Both the position numbers and the translations under genes were made by a program. The notes beneath the pieces are model-generated. The model did no database searches and was not told the origin of the DNA. It was given only the letters and a program-made list of their open reading frames with translations. Below are positions 1 through 9,270 of a DNA stretch of 64,000 nt, piece by piece. The stretch covers positions 10,491-74,490 of the forward strand of contig JBBSLP010000021.1 of the NCBI GenBank assembly GCA_038255145.1, written 5' to 3'. How positions within the stretch are numbered: the stretch's first letter is position 1; each line of letters begins with the position of its first letter. Source of the DNA: Acidimicrobiales bacterium (lineage in GTDB: Bacteria; Actinomycetota; Acidimicrobiia; Acidimicrobiales; CAIXPF01).

Positions 1-199
1 CGGGCGGGGCATGTCCACGGCCATCTTGGTGTCGGACCCGTACCACGACTTCCGGCTGTTGGCCATCGCCAGGGAGGTGGGGTTGGACGCCGTGGTGTCG
101 CCCGCCGCCTCCCACCTGGACATCGAGGCGTTGGGCCGGGAGACGGCGGCCGTGGCCCTGGGCCGGTTGATCGGGTTCCGGAGGCTCTCATCCCTCTAG
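1..199 (+). CDS. 3' end of a DUF218/YdcF(ElyC)-like protein gene; the 5' part lies outside the window
   Basis: The frame is open to position 1, with a stop at 197-199. The peptide ILVSDPYHDFRLLAIAREVGLDAVVSP resembles the conserved C-terminal core of DUF218 proteins. This is a recalled pattern, not a search result. Confidence 0.5.
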   Translation, partial: GRGMSTAILVSDPYHDFRLLAIAREVGLDAVVSPAASHLDIEALGRETAAVALGRLIGFRRLSSL

Positions 200-258
200 T
201 GGCGGCCACGTGCCTTGTGGCGGGCACGCCGAGGTCGCTAACGTGGAGGTTCGCCCGA

Positions 259-330
259 TCGGGGGTGGTGTAATTGGTAACACGACAGGTTCTGGTCCTG
301 CTGTTGGGGGTTCGAGTCCTCCCCCCCGAG
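259..330 (+). tRNA. tRNA-Gln (anticodon CTG)
   Basis: A 72-nt cloverleaf folded by hand. Acceptor TCGGGGG/CCCCCGA; D-stem GTGT/ACAC; anticodon loop TTCTGGT with CTG at 292-294; T-arm GGGGG-TTCGAGT-CCTCC; discriminator G. There is one A-C mismatch at the top of the anticodon stem. Confidence 0.85.
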
Positions 331-423
331 CTGTTCGAGGTTGCCCGAACGTCATTGGCCCCGGCCGAGGCGTCCCGGTAATCTCGCTCCGCACGCCCCA
401 CCCACGGGTCGGCGTGCACGTCT

Positions 424-496
424 GCCCCCATCGTCCAGAGGCCTAGGACACCACCCTCTCAAGGTGGAGACACGGGTTCGAATCCCGTTGGGGGTG
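424..496 (+). tRNA. tRNA-Glu (anticodon CTC)
   Basis: A 73-nt cloverleaf. Acceptor GCCCCCA/TGGGGGT (G1-U72, as in actinobacterial tRNA-Glu); D-arm GTCC-AGAGGCCTA-GGAC; anticodon loop CTCTCAA with CTC at 458-460; T-arm ACGGG-TTCGAAT-CCCGT. Confidence 0.85.
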
Positions 497-553
497 CAGT
501 CAGAAGCCCAGGTCAACCCGTCAGGGTCGCCTGGGCTTCGTCGTTCCTCGGGT

Positions 554-2218
554 CTAGCTCTGGGTGATCGCCGGGTACCCCTCGGCCGCGGCCTTCGAGA
601 TCGCCTTGCTGTAGCGGGGCGAACCACCGAAGTACGCCTGGTAGCGCACCTTGCCGGTGTCGTGGCCCTCCACGTTGGAGTTGTAGCCGGTGAACCAGCC
701 TCGGCTGCGCCGGAACAGCATGCGTTCTTGGGCTTGCTCCACCTCGCCGACCCACGAGCGCTCGGCGTCCTCCTGCGCCTCGAGACGGGTGGTGCCGTGC
801 TCGCGGGCGTGTTGCAGCAGGTCGGTCACCCAGTCGACGCCGGTCTCGATGGCGCGGGGGAAGTTGGTCGAGCCCGAGACGCTCTGCGGGCCGGCCACCA
901 TCAGCAGGTTGGGGAAACCGTGGGACAGCACGCCCAAGTAGGTGCTGGGGCTGTCGCGCCACTTGTCGCGCAGTGAGGCGCCGTCGACGCCGCGGATGTC
1001 GATGCGGTCGTAGCCGCCGGTGATCGCGTCGAAGCCGGTGGCGTACACGATGATGTCGAGCTCGTGGTGGCCGGCGGTGGTCTCGATGCCGGTCTTCGTG
1101 AACCGCACGATCGGGGTCTCGGTGATGCTGACGAGGTGAACGTTGTCGCGGTTGTAGGCCTCGAAGTACTTCGTCTCGAGTGGCAGGCGCTGCAGGCCGA
1201 AGCCGTGGTCCTTGGGGATCAGCTTCTCGGCCACCTCGGGGTCGGTGACCCGCTGGCGGATGCGCTCCGCCATGTAGTCGGACAACTCCTGGTTGGCAGC
1301 CTCGTCCCAGAAGATCTCGCCGTAGTTGGCGGCGAGGATGGCGAAGCCGGACCGGTCGTAGAGGTCGTCCCAGAGGGCCCTGCGCTCCTCGGGGGTGGCG
1401 TCCCAGAAGCCGAAGCGGGGCACGTGCTCGAAGCCGCCGGGTGATGCCTTGCAGTTGGCGAAGATCTCGTCGTAACGGGCCCGGATGACGGCCATCTCCT
1501 CGTCGTCGATGGGCGCGTTGTTGAGGGGCTTGCTCCAGTTCGGCCGACGCTGGAAGACGGTGAGCTCGCCCACCTTGTCGGCGATCTCGGCGATGACCTG
1601 GATGCCGGTGGCGCCGGTGCCGATGACGCCTACGCGCTTGCCGGCGAGGTCGACCGGCTCCTTGGGCCACGCCCAGGTGTGGAAGGACTGGCCCCCGAAG
1701 TCGTCGATGCCCTCGTACTTCGGCAGCGTCGGGATCGACAGCGGACCGATGCTGGTGATCACGAAGCGGGCGGTGCAGGACCGCCCGTCCTGCAGCTGCA
1801 CCGTCCAGCGGCGCTCGGCCTCGTCCCACGTCATCGAGGCCACCCGGGCGCCGAACACCATGTGGCGGCGGAGGTCGAACGTGTCGGCCACGAAGTTCAG
1901 GTATTTCAGGTTCTCCGGCTGGGCCGAGAACCGCTCCTTCCAATGCCACCCGTCGAGCACCTCCTTGGAGAAGGAGTAGCCGTACGTGTAGCTCTCGGAG
2001 TCGAAGCGGGCACCGGGGTAGCGGTTGCGGTACCAGGTGCCGCCGAGGTCGTCGTCGGCCTCGAGCACGATTGCATCGACCCCCAGGTCGACGAGCTTCT
2101 TGATCTGGTAGATCCCGGACACGCCCGCCCCGAGCACCACCACCTCGTGGTGCCCGACGTGGTCCCCCACGATCGTGGGGGTTTCCACTTGCTTCGTTGC
2201 ATCGGTCGTCAGTGCCAT
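554..2218 (-). CDS. Baeyer-Villiger (flavin-containing) monooxygenase, cyclohexanone-monooxygenase family
   Basis: FAD site VVVLGAGVSG, BVMO fingerprint FGGQSFHTWAWP (FxGxxxHxxxW[P/D]) and NADP site VGVIGTGATG. The start was moved to ATG 2218 (MALTTDATKQ) because the upstream part of the 617-aa ORF is Arg/Pro-rich junk. Confidence 0.9.
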   Translation of the reverse strand: MALTTDATKQVETPTIVGDHVGHHEVVVLGAGVSGIYQIKKLVDLGVDAIVLEADDDLGGTWYRNRYPGARFDSESYTYGYSFSKEVLDGWHWKERFSAQPENLKYLNFVADTFDLRRHMVFGARVASMTWDEAERRWTVQLQDGRSCTARFVITSIGPLSIPTLPKYEGIDDFGGQSFHTWAWPKEPVDLAGKRVGVIGTGATGIQVIAEIADKVGELTVFQRRPNWSKPLNNAPIDDEEMAVIRARYDEIFANCKASPGGFEHVPRFGFWDATPEERRALWDDLYDRSGFAILAANYGEIFWDEAANQELSDYMAERIRQRVTDPEVAEKLIPKDHGFGLQRLPLETKYFEAYNRDNVHLVSITETPIVRFTKTGIETTAGHHELDIIVYATGFDAITGGYDRIDIRGVDGASLRDKWRDSPSTYLGVLSHGFPNLLMVAGPQSVSGSTNFPRAIETGVDWVTDLLQHAREHGTTRLEAQEDAERSWVGEVEQAQERMLFRRSRGWFTGYNSNVEGHDTGKVRYQAYFGGSPRYSKAISKAAAEGYPAITQS

Positions 2219-2414
2219 GGGCCGGAGGGTAGGGCCTCGTGCCCGTCGCGGGCATCGAAGCGACCTGGGCTGGGTGGAGGCTCGCCGTGACGCCGGCGGC
2301 ACCGCCGGGCTGCGGTCCAGGATCTCGGGTGCCGTGCGGCCACGTGCACCGGGCGTTGCGGGCGACCGCCCTGTCGTGCGTTCGTGTCGCTCCCGTGTCG
2401 TCGGCACGCCGCGC

Positions 2415-3422
<1,008 letters not shown>

Positions 3423-3622
3423 CGCGTCCCGCCAATGCGCGGGGCGAACCCGCCGGTGAGCTGCTCGACACCCATGGTGATCTCGCTTCCTGGCCCGCTC
3501 GGCCGACCGCGCCGGGCCGCGAACCCTAGCGACCGCCGTCGTCTTGGGCGGGCCCATCGGCAACCGGCCGAGCTGGGGGCGGGGCCGTTCGCCGGTGGGG
3601 CGCCTGCCCCAACCGAACGCAT

Positions 3623-4357
3623 CTAGACGGTGACGCCGCCGTCGACGGGAACGTGGGCGCCGGTCATGTAGGACGATTCGTCGCTGGCCAGGAAGAGGGC
3701 GACGCGGGCGATCTCTTCGGGTTCGCCCTGGCGGCGCATGGGGGTGGCCCGCACGAGCCGGCTGTGGCCGTCCGGTTCATCGGTGGCCACCATGGGGGTG
3801 TCGATCAGGCCGGGGTGGATCGAGTTCACCCGGATGCCGTTGCGGGCCAGTTCCAGCGCCGCGCACGCGGTCATGCCGGTCACGGCGTACTTCGTCGCCG
3901 CGTAGGCGAAGCTGTACTTGGTCGCCCGGATGCCCGCACCCGAGGAGATGTTGACGATGGAGCCGCCGCCGCGGGCGGTCATGGGCTCGATGGCGGCGCG
4001 GATCCCCAGGAAGACGCCGACCTGGTTCACGGCCACGACCCGTTCGTAGGCCTCCAGGGTGTGGCGGGCGATGGTGGCGTTGTGCAGGATCCCAGCGTTG
4101 TTGACCAGCACGTCGAGGCCGCCGAAGCGCTCGGTGGCCAGGTTGACCGCCGCCTCCCAGTCGTCCTCGCGGGACACGTCGTGGCGGAGGAACACGGCGT
4201 CGTCACCCAGGCTCTCGGCCACGGCCTCGCCGGCCTCGACGAGCACGTCGGAGACCACCACCTTGGCGCCCTCGGCGATGAAGAGCCGGACCTCGGCCTC
4301 GCCCTGACCCCGGGCGCCGCCCGTGACGATGGCCACCTTGCCGTCGAGTCGTCCCAT
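3623..4357 (-). CDS. SDR-family oxidoreductase (3-alpha/20-beta-hydroxysteroid dehydrogenase-like)
   Basis: TGGARGQG (TGxxxGxG), NNAG and YAATKYAV (YxxxK). ATG 4357 is preceded by GAGGGGGGA; the GTG at 4384 is a less likely start. Confidence 0.9.
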   Translation of the reverse strand: MGRLDGKVAIVTGGARGQGEAEVRLFIAEGAKVVVSDVLVEAGEAVAESLGDDAVFLRHDVSREDDWEAAVNLATERFGGLDVLVNNAGILHNATIARHTLEAYERVVAVNQVGVFLGIRAAIEPMTARGGGSIVNISSGAGIRATKYSFAYAATKYAVTGMTACAALELARNGIRVNSIHPGLIDTPMVATDEPDGHSRLVRATPMRRQGEPEEIARVALFLASDESSYMTGAHVPVDGGVTV

Positions 4358-4472
4358 GATGTCCCCCCTCGGTGAGAGGCTCACCGTACGCAGCCGGCGC
4401 CGACGGTCGCCAGCCCACGAGCGGCCCCGCTTGATGACCGAACCAGCGGGTCAGAACGGCCCGGCCGGCGGG

Positions 4473-5699
4473 TCAGAACAGGGCGTCCGTGGGGGGCAGG
4501 CCGAGCAGGACGCGTCCGGCGTCGAGGTTGGTGTAGCCGCCGACCATCACGTGCTGGGGCACGGCCCGCACGTCGGCCAGGTAACGGTGCAGGGGGGAGC
4601 TGGTCAGGTTGGCCGTCGTCCCCGCCGCCGTGCACAACACCTCCACCGCCTCCACGCACGCCGCGACCGCCTGGGTGTAGGCGATGCGGGCCCGGGCGTG
4701 GACGTCGGCGGGCACGGGCTCCCCGGCCGAGGCCAGGGCCCAGGTCGTCTCCACCATCTCCACGGCGAAGGCCCAACCCGAGCCGATCAGGCCCTCGGCC
4801 CGGGCCATGGCCAGCTGGGCGTCGGGGCGGTCGCGCAGCAACGTGCGGCTCAGCCGGGCCTTCTTGCCCTGGGCCAGCTGGGAGAACTCCTCCAGCGCGG
4901 CTCGGGCCACGCCGGTGGCCACGCCGACCTTGGGGAAGGGAAAGCGCAACGACGGCGGCAACCGGAACAGGGCCGTGTCGATCAGGGTGTCGCGGCCGTC
5001 GGCCACCACTCCCATGCGCTCGTCGGGCACGAACACGTCCTCGACGGTGACGTCGTGGGACCCCGTGCCCCGCAACCCGACCGTGTCCCACGTGTCGAGG
5101 ATGGTGACCTCGGCCGCGGGCAGCAGGGCGAAGCACAACCGACGGGGCTTGGGACCCTCGACGGTGGCGCCCACCACGATCTGGTCGGCCGCCGGCCCTC
5201 CGGTCACGAACGGCCAGCGTCCGGTCAGCCGCCAGCCGTCACCGTCCCGGCGGGCCCGCCCCAGCGCCGCCCCCGACCCCGCCACCACCACCGCCGGTGA
5301 CGAGGTGCACACCTCGCGCATCGTCGCCGAGGGGGCGTAGCCGCAGGAGATCTCGATCTCCTCGTTCAACGTCATGGCCGTCCACCCGGCCGACCCGTCG
5401 ACCCGAGCCACCCGTTCGACGAGGGCCATGAACTCGAGCCCGCTGACCTCCTCACCCCCGTACGCCCGCGGCGCCAGGACCCGCAGCAGGCCGGCGTCGG
5501 CCAGGGCCCGGATGACCGGCGTGGCCGGGCGGCGGTCGCGCTGGGTGGCGGCGATGTGCTCGGCCACCAGCGGCGCGAACGCAGCGGCCCGCTCGGCCGG
5601 TGACGGGCGCAGCGCGCCATCGGCGACCTTGCCGCCGCCAGCTGGCCTCGCCCCGTTGGCCGCGGCCGCGGCCGCGCTCGAGCTCCCCTGGTCCCCCAT
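4473..5699 (-). CDS. Acyl-CoA dehydrogenase-fold protein (possibly a flavin-dependent monooxygenase subunit type)
   Basis: A 408-aa ORF with acyl-CoA dehydrogenase-like N, middle and C-terminal regions (LRVLAPRAYGGEEVS...WRLTGRWPFVTG...). The N-terminus is Ala/Gly-rich low complexity, so the start is uncertain. Confidence 0.75.
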   Translation of the reverse strand: MGDQGSSSAAAAAANGARPAGGGKVADGALRPSPAERAAAFAPLVAEHIAATQRDRRPATPVIRALADAGLLRVLAPRAYGGEEVSGLEFMALVERVARVDGSAGWTAMTLNEEIEISCGYAPSATMREVCTSSPAVVVAGSGAALGRARRDGDGWRLTGRWPFVTGGPAADQIVVGATVEGPKPRRLCFALLPAAEVTILDTWDTVGLRGTGSHDVTVEDVFVPDERMGVVADGRDTLIDTALFRLPPSLRFPFPKVGVATGVARAALEEFSQLAQGKKARLSRTLLRDRPDAQLAMARAEGLIGSGWAFAVEMVETTWALASAGEPVPADVHARARIAYTQAVAACVEAVEVLCTAAGTTANLTSSPLHRYLADVRAVPQHVMVGGYTNLDAGRVLLGLPPTDALF

Positions 5700-5756
5700 G
5701 GGCGGGACCCTACTGCGGCGCCCCGCCGGGCTTCGTCGGCGCCGCCACGGCGGTGG

Positions 5757-6359
5757 TCAGACCTGCCAGCCCTCCCAGTGGATGACCTCGTCGATGGGCT
5801 TGCGCTGCACCGGCCCGTGGGGTCGATCGGGCCAGCCGATGGGGATCAGCGCGGCCATGCGCACGTCGTCGGGGATGCCCAGGGTCTCGCGCACCACGTG
5901 CTCGGCCCGGCGCTGGAACGTCGTGAACGTGGCCCCGAGCCCCAGGGCGCGGGCGGCGACGATGAGGTTCTGGGCGGCGGGGTAGCAGGCCGACCACACC
6001 AGCATCTCGTCGGGCTTGTCGGCCGGGTAGACGTTGCGGCCGCACACCAGGACCAGGACCGGGGCGGTGGCGAGGCCCTCGGCCAGGGCCTTCGCCCCCG
6101 CCAGCATGAGCCGCACCGAGCGGTCGCCCTCGGGCCCCGGCACCTGGATGGCCCCGGAGACGGCGTCGGCGATGGCCCCACCGATGCGGGCCTTCTTCTC
6201 GGTGTCGGTGACGACGACGAAGGCCCAGTGCTGGCTGTTGCTCGGGCTCGAGGCCCGGGTGGCCGCCCACACCAGCTTCTCGATGAGCTCGGGTGCCACC
6301 GGGTCGGGCTTGAGGTAGCGGATGGCCCGGGCGGTGCCCATGGCATCGAAGACGTCCAT
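5757..6359 (-). CDS. Nitroreductase-family protein
   Basis: MDVFDAMGTARAIRYLKPDPV...SSPSNSQHWAFVVV is typical of the nitroreductase fold. The start is at ATG 6359. Confidence 0.8.
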   Translation of the reverse strand: MDVFDAMGTARAIRYLKPDPVAPELIEKLVWAATRASSPSNSQHWAFVVVTDTEKKARIGGAIADAVSGAIQVPGPEGDRSVRLMLAGAKALAEGLATAPVLVLVCGRNVYPADKPDEMLVWSACYPAAQNLIVAARALGLGATFTTFQRRAEHVVRETLGIPDDVRMAALIPIGWPDRPHGPVQRKPIDEVIHWEGWQV

Positions 6360-6460
6360 GGCCGCGGACCCTATCCGCTGGCGCCGATGCGGTCGGTGGC
6401 CACCGCCGGTCAGCACCCCTTGACAAGCGACGTGACAGGTACTTCTATCGTTCATAGGTA

Positions 6461-6473
6461 ATCAATGATTGAT
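6461..6473. promoter_or_regulatory. Candidate TetR operator: perfect palindrome ATCAAT-G-ATTGAT
   Basis: It lies in a conspicuously AT-rich patch (about 6440-6490) of the 137-bp divergent region between the nitroreductase and TetR genes. It is flanked by imperfect outer repeats (ctatcgtt ... aacgatcg). Confidence 0.4.
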
Positions 6474-6496
6474 AGATAAACGATCGGTGTTCGAAC

Positions 6497-7129
6497 ATGG
6501 TGGACGTAAAGGGCGATGAGGGGCCAGGGCCGCCGGTCGACCGTCGCCGGGTCCGTCACGAGGCGAAGCGGGCCCTCCTGGTCGCCGAGGCCTGGGACCT
6601 GGCCCGCCGGGACGGTCTGGCCGCCATCTCGCTGCGCGACCTCGCCGAGCGGGTCGACCTGCGCCAGCCGTCCCTCTACGCCTACTTCGACTCCAAGTTG
6701 GCTCTCTACGACGCCATGTTCGCCGACGGCAACCGCCAGTTGCTCGAGGCCATGGCCGCCCTCCCGGTGGAGGAGGACCCCGACCGGACGCTCGCCGCGT
6801 TCCTGGCCGCCTGCACGGTGTTCTCCAGCGAGGACCTCGTGCGCCACCAGCTGCTGTTCCAGCGCACCATCCCCGGCTTCGAGCCCTCGGACGCCTCCTT
6901 CGCTCGGGCGCTGGAGTTCTACGAGCTGGCCACCCGGCTGCTGGCGGCTGCCGGCGTGACCGAGCAGCCCGACATCGACCTCTTCACCGCGCTGGCCTCG
7001 GGCCTGGCTCACCAGCAGGTGGCCAACGACCCCGGAGGGGTGCGTTGGGTGGAGCTGGCCGAGCGGTCGACCCAGATGTTCCTCGCCGACGTTCGCCGGC
7101 GGGCCGATGAGGAGGGACCCACCCCATGA
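6497..7129 (+). CDS. TetR/AcrR-family transcriptional regulator
   Basis: N-terminal HTH region ISLRDLAERVDLRQPSLYAYFDSKLALYDAMF; size is 210 aa. Confidence 0.9.
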   Translation: MVDVKGDEGPGPPVDRRRVRHEAKRALLVAEAWDLARRDGLAAISLRDLAERVDLRQPSLYAYFDSKLALYDAMFADGNRQLLEAMAALPVEEDPDRTLAAFLAACTVFSSEDLVRHQLLFQRTIPGFEPSDASFARALEFYELATRLLAAAGVTEQPDIDLFTALASGLAHQQVANDPGGVRWVELAERSTQMFLADVRRRADEEGPTP

Positions 7130-7883
7130 CCACCACCGCCACCGACATCTCCCACATCGCCCGGATCGGCCGCGACGAGGCCTACGCCATCGCCGCCGTC
7201 GAGAACCGCAAGCTCGGCCAGCAGCTGCGCACGTTCGACGCCGACGACTGGACCAAGTCCACCGACTGCACCCTGTGGGACGTGCACGCGTGGCCGCCCA
7301 CCTGATCGGCGCCGCCGCCGGGCAGGCCTCACCCCGCGAGTTCGTGCGCCAGATCCGCGCCGGTCGACCGCTGCGGATCGAGATCGGCGGGCAGTTCTGG
7401 TGGGACGGCATGAACGAGGTGCAGGTGCGCGAACGCGCCACCCGCACCCCCGAGGAGCTCATCGTCGAGTGGGACACGACCTCGGCCCGCGCCCTGGCGG
7501 CCCGTCGTCGCCTGCCCCGGCCCATCGCCCGGTTACCCCTGCTCAAGCTCCCCCCACCCGTCGACCGCCAGCCCCTGTCCTATCTGTTCGACCTGGGTTT
7601 CACCCGCGACGTGTGGGCGCACCGCATCGACCTGGCCATGGCCACCGGACGCCCCTTGGACGCCGAGCCCGACCACGACGGTCGCCTGCTGGCCGACCTG
7701 GTCGCCGAGTGGGCCGCCACCCACGGCCAGCCGTTCACCCTCGAGCTCACCGGGCCCCTGGCCGTCACGTTCGTGCAGGGCTCCGGTGGCGAGACGGTGC
7801 ACATGGACGCCATCGAGCTCGTCCGCGTCCTGGCCGAACGGGTGCCCGGCGAAGGCGTGCTCGCCCACACCCTGCCGCTCTAG
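7126..7883 (+). pseudogene. Mycothiol-dependent maleylpyruvate-isomerase/DinB-family gene with a 1-nt frameshift near 7290
   Basis: ATG 7126 overlaps the TetR stop (ATGA). It reads MTTTATDISHIARIGRDEAYAIAAVENRKLGQQLRTFDADDWTKSTDCTLWDVHA and then hits a stop at 7303. The rest of the family-typical sequence (VAAHLIGAAAG...WAHRIDLAMATGRP) continues in the frame of ORF 7107..7883. Restoring one G in gcg(g)tggcc would rejoin the two frames. Confidence 0.7.
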
Positions 7884-7892
7884 GAGCAGGAC

Positions 7893-7937
7893 ATGGACAG
7901 CAGGACGATGGACAGCAGGACGATGGACAGCAAGGTG
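7893..7937 (+). repeat. 15-bp tandem repeat, three copies (ATGGACAGCAGGACG, third copy imperfect)
   Basis: Copies are at 7893-7907, 7908-7922 and 7923-7937, with a partial copy just upstream. Each copy carries AGGA plus an in-frame ATG and encodes MDSRT MDSRT MDSKV. Confidence 0.9.
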
Positions 7938-9221
7938 GACGGGAGGACGATGGAACGAGTGTGGGTGGAGACGGAGTCGGGACGGGTGGCGGTGCGTCGG
8001 GCTGGAGGTCGCCGACGGCGCCTGAGCGGCTTGGCCCTGTCGGGCCTGGTGCTGGCTTCGGTGAGCTGCAGCGCCGGGCCCGGGTCCTGGGGTGCGACCC
8101 CGCCGACGTCCGACGGCGGCTCGTCGGAGGAGACGACCACGACGGTGGCCGGGGCGCCGGGTGGGAGCGCGACGCCGGTCGACGAGGCGACGGCCGTCCG
8201 CTTCCAGGCCGCCCTCGACGACACCCGGGCCGCGCTCGGCTTCCCCGGCGTCGTGGCCGGGGTGTGGTCGCCTGGCGGCAGCTGGGTCTCCAGCTCGGGG
8301 ACCCGGGGCGAGGGCATGGACGAGGCGGCCACGGCCGGCGACCACACCCGGGTCGGCAGCCTCACCAAGACCATGACCGCCACCGTGGTCCTGCAGCTGG
8401 TCGAGGAGGGGAAGCTGTCCCTCGACGACGTCATCGGCACGTACGTGGCCGGCATGCCCAACGGTGAGGTGGCCACGCTGGCCCAGTTGCTCGACATGAC
8501 GGCCGGCATCCCCACCTACACGGCCAGCGACGAGTTCCAGGCCCAGTTGTTCGCCGACCCCGAGCGGCAGTGGACCCCCGAGGAGCTGCTGGCCTTCGTG
8601 GCCGACACCCCGGCCGACTTCGCCCCCGGTGAGGGGTGGTCGTACTCGAACACGAACTACGTGCTCCTGGGCCTGGTGATCGAGCAGGTCACCGGGCAGC
8701 CCATCGCCGACGTGTTCCAGGAGCGCCTGTTCGGCCCCCTGGGCATGGTCGACACGACGTTCCCCACGGGGACCGCGGCCATCGCCGAGCCCGCCCTGCA
8801 CGGCGTGACCGGGCAGGGCCAGCCCGACGGCCAGACCACCGACGCCACGGGGTGGAGCCCGTCCGAGGCGTTCACCGCCGGCGAGGTCGTCTCCACCCTC
8901 GACGACCTGAAGCTGTGGGCCGACGCCCTGTTCACCGGTGAGGGCATCCTCAGCCCCGAGATGCAGCAGCAGCGGCGGGACTCGATCGTGTTCGGCCTGC
9001 CCCCGCTCACGGCCACGTCGGGCTACGGCTACGGCATCGGCGACCGCGGTGGCTGGTGGGGCCACACCGGCGAGATCCCCGGCTACACCACCGTGCTCAT
9101 GCACAGCTACGAGCTGGACACCACCATCATCGTGGTCACCAACAGCGACGTCGTCGCCGGTCAGGGGGCTCCGACGCCCGCCGGGGCCGTGTTCGCCGCC
9201 CTGGTGGGCGCCCTCGGCTGA
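7893..9221 (+). CDS. Serine hydrolase, class C beta-lactamase / DD-peptidase family; probably a secreted lipoprotein
   Basis: SLTK (SxxK), YSN (YxN) and HTG (KTG-like) motifs, with an Arg-rich signal followed by LASVSCS. The true start is ambiguous: 7893, 7908, 7923 or ATG 7950 (MERVWV). Confidence 0.85.
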   Translation: MDSRTMDSRTMDSKVDGRTMERVWVETESGRVAVRRAGGRRRRLSGLALSGLVLASVSCSAGPGSWGATPPTSDGGSSEETTTTVAGAPGGSATPVDEATAVRFQAALDDTRAALGFPGVVAGVWSPGGSWVSSSGTRGEGMDEAATAGDHTRVGSLTKTMTATVVLQLVEEGKLSLDDVIGTYVAGMPNGEVATLAQLLDMTAGIPTYTASDEFQAQLFADPERQWTPEELLAFVADTPADFAPGEGWSYSNTNYVLLGLVIEQVTGQPIADVFQERLFGPLGMVDTTFPTGTAAIAEPALHGVTGQGQPDGQTTDATGWSPSEAFTAGEVVSTLDDLKLWADALFTGEGILSPEMQQQRRDSIVFGLPPLTATSGYGYGIGDRGGWWGHTGEIPGYTTVLMHSYELDTTIIVVTNSDVVAGQGAPTPAGAVFAALVGALG

Positions 9222-9229
9222 CGAGGCCG

Positions 9230-9258
9230 GCCGGCACGGGGATCGTCCCCGTGCCGGC
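9230..9258 (+). terminator. Stem-loop downstream of the serine hydrolase gene
   Basis: GCCGGCACGGGGA-tcg-TCCCCGTGCCGGC, a 13-bp perfect stem starting 9 nt after the stop. There is no T-tract. Confidence 0.45.
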
Positions 9259-9270
9259 GCGCCTAGGGTC

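Noticed and set aside
200-553. A tRNA-Gln/tRNA-Glu pair as a possible integration site for a genomic island covering the downstream accessory genes.
   Set aside because: I found no integrase, recombinase or transposase gene in the window, and no direct repeat of either tRNA 3' end by eye. I also saw no third tRNA in the 331-423 spacer.
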